Shown here in pieces: positions 1 to 8,700 of a stretch of DNA of 29,304 bases. Position numbers and translations under genes: made by a program. The notes beneath the pieces are model-generated. The model worked only from the letters and a program-made list of their open reading frames with translations. It had not been told where the DNA came from and did no database searches. Numbering within the stretch: the stretch's first letter is position 1; the number at the start of each line of letters is the position of its first letter. The DNA is taken from NCBI GenBank assembly GCA_051866635.1, contig JBJDXJ010000051.1:1-29304 (forward strand). The letters run 5' to 3'. The stretch comes from Clostridia bacterium. Lineage in GTDB: Bacteria > Bacillota > Clostridia > UMGS1883.

Positions 1-81
1 CTTGCACGAGAAATTGCCACTTTGTTCATTAGAAAAAATACAGACCTCAAAGTGCCCAAGGACATAGTCCGCCTTTTTGTC

Positions 82-142
82 GCGTGTCGGCTTTTTCGAC
101 ACGCTACACCTCCCTCGTCAGAGGGAGGCTATTTAATTTTTT
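82..142 (+). terminator. Two tandem GC-rich hairpins followed by a T-rich run. Probable intrinsic terminator in the gap 3' of the GH43 gene, possibly serving a convergent upstream plus-strand gene.
   Basis: Hairpin 1 is GCGTGTCG (82-89) / CGACACGC (97-104). Hairpin 2 is CCTCCCTC (109-116), loop gtca, GAGGGAGG (121-128), followed by ctatttaatttttt (129-142). The U-tract lies only on the plus-strand side; on the minus strand neither hairpin is followed by a T run. Confidence 0.5.
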
Positions 143-182
143 GGCACGCTCTTTATAAAAATTAATAATTATTAATTGAATT

Positions 183-1094
183 TCATTCGCCGTATGCTTC
201 TAACAAACGGTTGTATTCTTCCATAGTGATGGTAAGCACACCACCGTGTCTAAACTGGATTTCGGTATGGAAATCGCCGTCAATCTTTGTGAACATTCCG
301 CCGTCCAGGTCGTCTGTTACAAAGGGTGCATAGCCCGAGTTTGAGCCGTACTGGTCAAGGAACAGGCACCATCTGCCGTCGGGAAGCTGACAGCACTGTG
401 GACCTTCAACACCGTGTATATCTTTAAGGTTAGAGTCAACAATTTCAAATTTGCCGGAAAGAGATGTGCTCTTTCCCATTAAGATGCACTTGCTTGTTTC
501 ATCTTTAGAAAAACGGTAGTAAACGCCGTTATGTTCAACAATATCAGTGTCGATAACGTCACAGTCACGCTCTATGTAAACCTCGGCAGGAGTGAAAGAC
601 TTAAAATCTGTTGTTCTGGATTGGAAAATCTTGTGATGACCCTTTCCGTTATCTACTCTGGACGCCCAAAACACCATGTAGTTTTCCTGTTCTTTATCAT
701 AAACAACTTCAGGTGCCCATGTGCAACCTGCATCGGGACGGGAAACCGTAACTGCTCTTGTGTCGCTCCATGTTACCAAATCGTCACTTTCCCAAACTAA
801 AATATCATGGCTGCCGTTCAATGTTGCACTGCCCCAGTGGTCGGGACGGAGAAAAACATTAAGGTCTGTACCTATCATATAAAATTTTTTATTGTCATGA
901 GAACGGATTATAAAAGGGTCTCGGATACCTTTTTCACCGATTTCGGAAACAATAACAGGTTTTTTATTGTTAAGCGTTTTCCATGTCAGTCCATCAAGAC
1001 TTACCGAAAAATAGATCTGCTCGCTCATAGGTGTGTTGGGATGTGTATCTGTAAAATGGACAAACAAAAATGCTTCTTTTTTTCCATTGCTCAT
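183..1094 (-). CDS. Glycoside hydrolase family 43 protein (five-bladed beta-propeller; subfamily and specificity unresolved), cytoplasmic.
   Basis: ORF 183..1157 was trimmed to the ATG at 1092-1094 (MSNGKKEAF...), which has a purine-rich AAAGGAAAA just upstream. GH43 hallmark contexts are GIRDPFII (catalytic base Asp), WAPEV and HGVEGPQ (catalytic acid Glu). There is no signal peptide. Confidence 0.8.
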   Translation of the reverse strand: MSNGKKEAFLFVHFTDTHPNTPMSEQIYFSVSLDGLTWKTLNNKKPVIVSEIGEKGIRDPFIIRSHDNKKFYMIGTDLNVFLRPDHWGSATLNGSHDILVWESDDLVTWSDTRAVTVSRPDAGCTWAPEVVYDKEQENYMVFWASRVDNGKGHHKIFQSRTTDFKSFTPAEVYIERDCDVIDTDIVEHNGVYYRFSKDETSKCILMGKSTSLSGKFEIVDSNLKDIHGVEGPQCCQLPDGRWCLFLDQYGSNSGYAPFVTDDLDGGMFTKIDGDFHTEIQFRHGGVLTITMEEYNRLLEAYGE

Positions 1095-1128
1095 ATGAAA
1101 TTTTCCTTTCTTGTATATGTTTAAGATT

Positions 1129-1157
1129 ATCCTACCATTTTTAAAATGTACTGTCAA
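1129..1157 (-). promoter_or_regulatory. Candidate sigma-A promoter upstream of the GH43 gene.
   Basis: On the minus strand, TTGACA (1152-1157) is followed by a 17-nt spacer and TAGGAT (1129-1134). It lies in the 69-nt GH1-GH43 spacer. The -10 matches only 4 of 6 positions. Confidence 0.3.
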
Positions 1158-1163
1158 CAGTTT

Positions 1164-2510
1164 TTACAAATTCTCCCCATTTGCACGGATAATATCACGG
1201 TAGGCATATGCACTGTCTTTTATTATGCGTTCTTTTGTTTCAAAATCAACATAAACTATGCCGAAACGCTGACTGTAACCCATTTTCCATTCAAAGTTAT
1301 CCATAAGGGACCAAAGGAAATATCCGTCAATGTCAACACCTTCATCAGCTGCCCTTTTTAAAGAGGCAATATGACGCTGTATGTAGTCAGCACGCATACT
1401 ATCGTGTACTTTTCCGTCACGGCACACCCAATCTGTACAGCTTACGCCGTTTTCCGAAATGATAATGGGCTTTTTGTACCTTTCATAGAAAAACTTTGCA
1501 CCCCAGTAAAGACAATCTTGTTCAACTGCCCAGTCCATCATTGTTCTGGCGTAGCCGTCCTTTCGCTTTGGACGGAAAACATTGCCCTTTTCATCAACAT
1601 CAACACCACTGCTCTGATATGTGTTAAAGGCGTAAAAATCAAGGGAGGTGTTAATGGTTTTCATATCATTTTCAAAGCCCTTTGGCATGATGCTTTCAAA
1701 TTTTTGGAGCATATCAATAGGGTAATGACCGAACATGATGGGGTCTGACCAGGCGGTGTTTGACCACCATGGCTCGTAAACTGCCATTGTTTCACGTTTT
1801 GCCGCCTCGATACATTCTTTTGTGTTTCTCACCGGGTGGCAAACACTTCCGATAGGTGCATAGCCTATTTTGGCGTTTGGTACATTTGCACGTATTGCAC
1901 CATAGCCATATCCATGGGCGAGAAGGGTGTTATGTATGCCAAGAAGTGCATCCCTGTCAGACACCTTCAGTGCCGGGGCATGGTCACCTTGTACATAGCC
2001 TGCCCCGATAACGCACTGGGGTTCGTTTATTGTGAAGAAGTTTTTAACCCTGTCGGAAAGCCTTTTTGATACAATATGAGCATATTCACCAAAAATTTTT
2101 CCCATATCGGGGTTAAGCCAACCGCCTTTTTTATGGAGTTCATAGGGTAAATCCCAGTGAAAAAGTGTCACATATGGTTCAATATTATTTTTGAGTAGCT
2201 CGTCTGTCAATCTGTCGTAATAGTCAAGCCCTTTTTCGTTAACAGTGCCCGTGCCGTCAGGCAGGACCCTTGCCCAGGAAATACTGTAACGGTACGCTTT
2301 TATTTCAAGCTCTTTCATAATGCGTACGTCCTCTTTATACCTGTGGTAGCTGTCGCAGGCGGTGTCGCCGTTTTGATTTTCAAAGGCGTAGTTTTTCATA
2401 TGTGTTGTAGTATCCCATATGCTAAGACCTTTTCCGTCTTCAAATGCCCCACCTTCAACTTGATAGCTTGCTGTGGCACTGCCCCATGTAAAGTCATTTT
2501 TAAAGCCCAT
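1164..2510 (-). CDS. GH1 family beta-glucosidase (BglA-like), cytoplasmic.
   Basis: 448 aa. Motifs are FTWGSATASYQVEGG at the N-terminus, the acid/base motif FFTINEPQC, the nucleophile motif IIISENG, and WSLMDNFEW. The RBS GGAGGA lies in the 15-nt gap after the upstream gene. There is no signal peptide. Confidence 0.9.
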   Translation of the reverse strand: MGFKNDFTWGSATASYQVEGGAFEDGKGLSIWDTTTHMKNYAFENQNGDTACDSYHRYKEDVRIMKELEIKAYRYSISWARVLPDGTGTVNEKGLDYYDRLTDELLKNNIEPYVTLFHWDLPYELHKKGGWLNPDMGKIFGEYAHIVSKRLSDRVKNFFTINEPQCVIGAGYVQGDHAPALKVSDRDALLGIHNTLLAHGYGYGAIRANVPNAKIGYAPIGSVCHPVRNTKECIEAAKRETMAVYEPWWSNTAWSDPIMFGHYPIDMLQKFESIMPKGFENDMKTINTSLDFYAFNTYQSSGVDVDEKGNVFRPKRKDGYARTMMDWAVEQDCLYWGAKFFYERYKKPIIISENGVSCTDWVCRDGKVHDSMRADYIQRHIASLKRAADEGVDIDGYFLWSLMDNFEWKMGYSQRFGIVYVDFETKERIIKDSAYAYRDIIRANGENL

Positions 2511-2525
2511 GTTTAATCCTCCATA

Positions 2526-5500
2526 TCAATATTGGAATGAACGGATATATTTGCAACGCAAGCCGTCGTCCCAAACCATAGTATCGTCAGGCTCTGCTTC
2601 CCAGCCACCGATACCCGTGTTTAGGATAAGGCGGACATTTTTCTGGAAATTAAGAGTATCTTTATTGTGAGCTCGTGCAAAGATTTTTCCGTCAACGTAG
2701 AATTTTATGTAATCATAACCCCAGTCCATAGCAAATGTGTGGTAGTCTGTCGTAACATTTACACTGCTTGTTTGTTTACCTAAAAGATTATTTTTGTTGC
2801 CCTCGCCGTGGATGGCAGTATGCCATGCATTTGCACCGTAGGTGGATGAAAGGGTTTCAAAAATATCGATTTCAGGGGGCCAGGAATCACGTCCCGACAG
2901 CCAAAAGGCGTTCCAATAGCCGATGGGACTTTCAGGCTGTTTGAAGCTACCTTCAACATAGCACTGCCTGTTAAACACCTTGTTCTGTATGCTGACAACG
3001 CCAACATAACCCTTCCATCTTGTCCAGCCTTTACCATAGGAACCGTTATAGTCAATACCTGTATCGCCGTCTTTATTTGTGGGCCAGCCGTTTATCTTTG
3101 TCGCCTTTAAAAACAGCTCTCCGTTTTCCACAATTACGTTCTTTTCAGTAATAAGTGCCGAGTAATTGTAGGAATCGTTTGTGGGGTGATTGCTCTTCCA
3201 CGGAAAATTAGTCCACCACTGGGAGGATATTGAGTTGCCCAAGAAATTATCGCAGACATAAGCCGACGCCTCGCTTCGCAGATAGAAGGTACCGTTTGCC
3301 TGATTATACATGCTCCACGCTTTTAGGTCACCGTGCATTTCGTAGCGTGCGGTTGTGTCGTAAATATATTTGTCACGGTTTAAGTAGGTTTGGTAGGAAT
3401 ATGTTTTCCCTGTGTAATATCCTACATTTTCCGCCTCGGTTTTAATAAAGGTGGCGTTTGCGTAGAACACGCCTGTATTTTCAAGCTTCTTCAGGTAAAT
3501 GCCTCCATTGTCGCACAGGGCGAAATACCCCGGCATGGAAACTGCCTCCAGGGAAACACCTACGCCTATAAGGCCTTTACGTTCCACAAAACGGGTGTTA
3601 GCAGGGTTCTTTTCAGCTTCAACCGCCAAAATTTCATCCGCACCGCTGTGATAAACATACTTTCCGTAAAAGGCACTTGTGGTTGGGTCGTCTTCAAGAC
3701 GCACCTCTTCAAGTCGTATAATGCCGTTTACAGGCTCAACCCCTGTAAGATTTGCTTTTTCACTGTCTGATTGGCGGAGGTTAAAGTTTGTTACGGTCAT
3801 TTCTGCCTTTGCACCTGCACCTGTGTTAAACACCATATTTTTAGCTTCCAGCCACGTCCAGCTACTGTTGCGGGTAAGCTCATCATCAGCATAGTTAAAG
3901 TAAACAAGCTGTGTTTCGCTTACAGTTGAATCCGATGCGGTGATTGAAATTGTTCTGTCTTTTGGCGATACAAGCATATCAAAATGAATATATTCATCCT
4001 TGGAAAAGGAGTTTTCAAAAAGGCTGATGGGAGTTCCCTCGTTAAAATAGTTGCTTATAATGCGATTGATTTTTACTTTATTGCCGTCGTTGTCAAACCG
4101 CAGTTGGAGTGCCGCATAATTGTCAAGGTCGGCACCGCCAGTAACTGTGTCGTCTGTTATTGAAATACCGCTAAAGTAAACATTTCCTGACAGATTAAGG
4201 TCAAAGGAAATTTCAAAATTGCCTCTGTCAGATGGGATAGTTAACCTCTTTTGTGCAAGAACACCGCCTGCACCTTCTATAGGCTCACTGTTTCCAAAAG
4301 CTTCCACTTCGCTTATGCGTATCCATCCGTTATTATTGCTATCGGTTCTTTGATAGAATGTGTATTTTACATACCTTGCCTCTGTCTGTGGAAATTCAAA
4401 ATACTGAATGTCATTTGTACTTGCACTTGTGCGTTTTTCCACAACCGTTACAAAGTTACGGTTGTCCGTAGATGTAGAAATGTCAAAGGCATATGTTCTG
4501 GAATCACCCATATCAAAGCCGATACCCGCCTTTGTAAGGTAGAAGGAGTCGCTCAAGTCCAAAGTAAGGGTGGCAGTATTAGTGTCCGTAACGCCCTTTG
4601 CTGTCCAGATTGTGGAAGTGTCACCGTCTATAGTATTTTCAGGTTTATTTTTTTCTTCAGGTGTTTGTGATGCCGTAACAGTTGAAACTGCTATCTTTTC
4701 GCCTGAAACCTTGCCGTTTCGGTCAACATCGTCATAGAGGAAAAGACCGTCTTCCGTATTTTCTGCATAGAGCTTTTCGCCTAAAGATGGCTCATAGTCG
4801 GTGTAATTTCGCTCATCCATTGCACTTATGTTCCAATCTTCATCCTGACTGTTTTCCATAAGAAGTACACCTGTATTGTCCTTAGCACCGTAAGCTTCTA
4901 TTTCGGTTACCTGTGTCCATGCACCGTTGTCTGTCCGCCCGTAGACATTTAGCCTTATGTATTTTGCCTTAACGGGCGGAAGGGACACGTACTGAACGCT
5001 ATTCGTTTTTTCGCTTGTTTTCTTGCCTGTAAGATGGACAAAGTTTTCCCCGTCCTCGGATGCGGCAACGGAATAAATATATTCTCTCTCTATTCCCAAA
5101 CCGAAAGCTACGCCAAATTTTGACAAAACAAACTCTCCGCCAAGATATGCAGTTACCCAGTTTGGATTTTCGCTTGTTGAACCGGAAGCTGTCCACTTTG
5201 TGTCAAGATTTCCGTCTGCCACATTTGTGACAGGATTTGCACTTTCAGGTTCATAGCTTGCCCACACATCTAAGGTTGTTATATTTAATTTTTCGGGATT
5301 TAATTTTTCAGCCTCTACACATTCATCGCTTGTAAACAGCGGTGATGAAGGTCTTAAAAACCCATCCCAAACAAAAATCTTAGCATTACCGCCCTTTAGT
5401 GGTGCAGTAAAGGAAAAGGCTTCTCTGATGTTTGGTTCAACGGAAATTTTATGTGTTTTTGCCTCATTTAAGGTTCCGTCTATGTTATATGATGCCACAT

Positions 5501-5675
5501 AAACCTTTAAATCGGCACTTTCTTCACCGTTATTTGCAATTTTTAACAAAAATTCCGCTTCGGTATTTGTTTTTGTGCCTGTGATTTCCAAAGACACGTC
5601 ACTTGCAAAAACAAGTACGGAAAACATGCTCATTGCAAGGATAATTGAAAGTGAAATCAGTAGAATTTTTTTCAT
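2526..5675 (-). CDS. Secreted multidomain GH16 glycoside hydrolase, paralog A (1049 aa). Order: signal peptide, Ig-like N-domain, two F5/8-type-C (CBM32-like) domains, an unassigned beta-sandwich-like module, a beta-trefoil (AbfB/CBM42-like) segment, and C-terminal GH16.
   Basis: Signal peptide MKKILLISLSIILAMSMFSVLVFA|SD (5604-5675). Discoidin-type motifs are NVADGNLDTKW...VTEIEAYG (about 4890-5285) and NTIDGDTSTIW...ISEVEAFG (about 4293-4694). The unassigned module starting GAGGVLAQK spans about 3771-4274. RFVERKGL..VSLEAVSMPGYF..ANATF spans about 3267-3734. The GH16 region (about 2529-3263) has WNAFWLSG and the catalytic E-x-D-x-x-E motif EIDIFE at 2856-2873. Confidence 0.85.
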   Translation of the reverse strand: MKKILLISLSIILAMSMFSVLVFASDVSLEITGTKTNTEAEFLLKIANNGEESADLKVYVASYNIDGTLNEAKTHKISVEPNIREAFSFTAPLKGGNAKIFVWDGFLRPSSPLFTSDECVEAEKLNPEKLNITTLDVWASYEPESANPVTNVADGNLDTKWTASGSTSENPNWVTAYLGGEFVLSKFGVAFGLGIEREYIYSVAASEDGENFVHLTGKKTSEKTNSVQYVSLPPVKAKYIRLNVYGRTDNGAWTQVTEIEAYGAKDNTGVLLMENSQDEDWNISAMDERNYTDYEPSLGEKLYAENTEDGLFLYDDVDRNGKVSGEKIAVSTVTASQTPEEKNKPENTIDGDTSTIWTAKGVTDTNTATLTLDLSDSFYLTKAGIGFDMGDSRTYAFDISTSTDNRNFVTVVEKRTSASTNDIQYFEFPQTEARYVKYTFYQRTDSNNNGWIRISEVEAFGNSEPIEGAGGVLAQKRLTIPSDRGNFEISFDLNLSGNVYFSGISITDDTVTGGADLDNYAALQLRFDNDGNKVKINRIISNYFNEGTPISLFENSFSKDEYIHFDMLVSPKDRTISITASDSTVSETQLVYFNYADDELTRNSSWTWLEAKNMVFNTGAGAKAEMTVTNFNLRQSDSEKANLTGVEPVNGIIRLEEVRLEDDPTTSAFYGKYVYHSGADEILAVEAEKNPANTRFVERKGLIGVGVSLEAVSMPGYFALCDNGGIYLKKLENTGVFYANATFIKTEAENVGYYTGKTYSYQTYLNRDKYIYDTTARYEMHGDLKAWSMYNQANGTFYLRSEASAYVCDNFLGNSISSQWWTNFPWKSNHPTNDSYNYSALITEKNVIVENGELFLKATKINGWPTNKDGDTGIDYNGSYGKGWTRWKGYVGVVSIQNKVFNRQCYVEGSFKQPESPIGYWNAFWLSGRDSWPPEIDIFETLSSTYGANAWHTAIHGEGNKNNLLGKQTSSVNVTTDYHTFAMDWGYDYIKFYVDGKIFARAHNKDTLNFQKNVRLILNTGIGGWEAEPDDTMVWDDGLRCKYIRSFQY

Positions 5676-5694
5676 TTTAAGTCACCTTTTAATT

Positions 5695-5727
5695 GCATAA
5701 GGCATTGCTTTGCAATGCCTTATGTGC
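5695..5727. other. Strong intergenic stem-loop between the two GH16 paralogs, with terminator-like geometry only on the plus strand.
   Basis: CATAAGGCATTGC (5696-5708), loop ttt, GCAATGCCTTATG (5712-5724) form a 13-bp perfect stem. The T-run (tgcgtttttt, 5725-5734) is on the plus strand and overlaps the GH16-B stop codon. On the coding (minus) strand the hairpin is preceded by an A-tract and followed by caattaaaagg. Confidence 0.5.
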
Positions 5728-5732
5728 GTTTT

Positions 5733-8700
5733 TTAATACTGGAAGGAACGGAACCACTGAAGGCTCATACCTATGCCATACTGGGAGGGAAGAGCAGATT
5801 CCCAACCGCCGATACCTGTGTTAATAATAAGGCACATGCCGCCCTGATCGTCCTGAGAATCGGGAATGTAGCCGGTGTATCGTCTGAAAAGCTGTCCGTC
5901 GTAGTACATATCCATATAGTCATAGCCCCAGTCAAGAGCATAGCGATGGTACTGTGTGCGAAGGTTGCTACCCTGGTACCAATTTCCGTCAGACACACTT
6001 GATGAATAGTGCATATTTGTAAACCAGCCGTGAGCACCCTTCTGCCCTGAAGAGGACAGATATTCAAAAATATCTGTTTCCGGGGGCCAAGCATTGGCAC
6101 CTGCAAGCCAGAATGCTGTCCAATAACCGTAGCCGCAGTCAGGCTGTTTAAAACTACCTTCCATATAGCTCTGACTCCAATATTTTACACTGCCGTCGTA
6201 AGCGTTGTAATTTTTTGCAGGGCAAATAACGCCTACATAAGCCTGCCACTTTTTCCAGCCGCCAAAGCCGAAGCTTGTAAGGTCAATACCTGTTGCTCCC
6301 TTGTTTTTGCCGGAAGAGCTTGTGGGCCATTCGTTATCGCCTATGCGGTTTGCTTTAAGAGTAATATTGCCGTTCTTTACCTCAATTGCACTTGCACGAC
6401 ACAAGCCGTAGTGATTGTGGCTGTCGCCCCAGGGATACTGTGCCATCCATTTACTTGTATCAAGGCTTGTTCCGTTAAAGTTGTCGGAAACACGTGAATT
6501 TGATGCTTCGTTACGGAGATAGAACACAGTTCTTTCCGCAGAGTGACGTTTCCAAACAACCGTCTGACCTGAATTGTCATACAAATACCTGTTGGGGTCA
6601 CGGTAGGAAGCATAAGCAACCGTACTCTTTCCGTAGCCCTTGGGGTCTATGCCGCCGGCTTGCTTGTAGAATGTGGCATTAGCCTTAAAGCGTGCAGTGT
6701 TACTAAAGGGCTGTACCTGTACAACATTATCTGTACCGGGAACGATTGTTAAAAAGTATCCGGGACGGTTCATAACTTCAAAGGATACGCCGTCAGAATC
6801 CATAAGACCTGTTCTTTCAACAAATCTTGTATATGCAGGGTCCTGTTTTTCCGCAAAATCACTTGTTTCGTTGCCCTGATGGTGAAGCATCTTACCTGTA
6901 CCGTTAACGGCAACCAGACGTAAAATACCGTTGATTGCACTTTGTCCTGCAGGGTTAAAGCCCAAGTCGGTAACTGTAATATCGCCTACGTAAATATCAG
7001 CTGTGCCGCCTATACCTGTATTAAAGGAAAGTACGTTAAGGTTTTTATCAACCCAGTTTTCATATTTTGTGGGCATGCTCTTTGTTCTTTCCTGAACGTT
7101 TACACCATCGTCAATTGTCATTACATATTCACGCTTAAGCATGTCTACTTTTATAGAAATTTTCCAGGGATTTCCTTTTATAAGTGGTGTATAACTACCT
7201 ACTACAGCCTCATAAGTGCCGCCGTTAAAGGTATTGCCTTCATACTGATTAAGCTGTAAGTTATTTTCATCAGCCTTTGAAGGTTTGAATCTCATCTGCA
7301 TGCCGTAGCTTCCGTCAATACCGTTACTTAAATTAAATCCGCCGTATTCATCGGCAACGGGAGCATACAAAGTAAAGTCAACTCTGTAAGAATTAAGTGG
7401 ATTTTCAGGCACGGGAAGGTTTACATAAGCCATAACACCGCCTGCACCAAGTTCTTCGTCTGTTGCCCTTCCAACTGCGTCGTAAAGGTGGAGGGCATCG
7501 CCATTAATTCCGCTTTCTTCGGGAGATTTTGTAAGCTCTGCATAAAGATTTTCACCTAAAGAACCTTCGTAATCCTCTAAATCGTCGGATATGTTCTTAA
7601 AGGTCATTTCACCGTTGTTTTCTTCTGTCATATCAATATGACCCAAACATGTTTCATAGCCTGAAACATCTTCTTTTGGTTCATAATGCTTTACAGAAAC
7701 TTCGTCAACGTATATTTCTGTTTTCTTACCTACGCCTGTATTAAACACAAGCCATTTTGCTTCCAAGCCTGACCATGTGGAAATACGTGCGTATTCCGCA
7801 TCGTTGTAGCTAAAGTAGATAGGTCTTGTTTCAGTATTTATGCCGTCTGTAACTGTAATATCGCTGCGTCTTGCGATAGGGTCAACATCCATGGAAATTG
7901 TCCAAAGTCTGTCCTTTTCAAAGCCTGTTGACATAAAGTCAAAGAGAGAACCCTCGTTAAAGTAGTTAGATCTAAGATATTTAAGTTTAACCTTACCGTT
8001 ATCGTCTTCAAAACGGATCTGGATTGCGGCGTAATGCTTAAGGTCGTCACCGCCTGATACAAGCTCATCTGTTAAGCTGAATCCTGACCAGTACGTATCG
8101 GAATTTTCGCCGTTTTCCATAACGGAAGGGATAAACATATTAAAGGAAATATTGTATTTTTCACGGTCAGCATTTGTCTGATACCGTTTTGCCGCAATAA
8201 CACCGCCTGCACCCAATGTTTCATCTGTTGTTCTTCCCACATAGTCCACAAGATGAAGGGCATTTTCATTTGTGCCCATTGCCGCACCTTCGGGAAGTGG
8301 TGCAGATTCTGCATATAGCTTTTCACCTAAAGAGGGAACGTAGTCACTATTATTTCTTTCGTCCATGTTCTGTATTGTCCAATCGTCAATATCATCGAAA
8401 GAATAAAGTTCCACTTCTTCGCCCGTGTCGTAGGGGATAAGCATACCGTATGCTTCAATTTCGGAAATTCTCACCCAGTTATCCTCGTCGGGTTCCACTC
8501 TTTCAACAATGGTAAATCTTACAAATTTGCCCACGCTCATGGGAATGTCAAAATACTGCATTTCGTTTGTAAGCTCACTTGTTGTTTCGTCCAAAACCTC
8601 GGTATAGTTTTTACCGTCCGAGGATGTGGAAACAGTAAACACGTACTGTCTTTCTTCACCAAGACCGAAAGCAATACCAACCTTTGTAATTGTGTGTTCA

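Noticed and set aside
142-156. TGGCAC at 142-147, resembling a sigma-54 -24 element.
   Set aside because: The required GC of the -12 element, 10 nt after the GG, is AT here. There is also no plus-strand gene downstream to be driven.
1-165. Frame-1 plus-strand reading frame open from the window edge to TAA at 163-165 (54 codons). It could be the 3' end of an upstream gene. A minus-strand ATG at 26-28 could alternatively start a gene running out of the window.
   Set aside because: The open frame runs straight through two GC-rich hairpins and a T-run that look like a terminator. The other frames stop at 30-32 and 64-66. The minus-strand ATG has no convincing RBS. This cannot be resolved without the flanking sequence.
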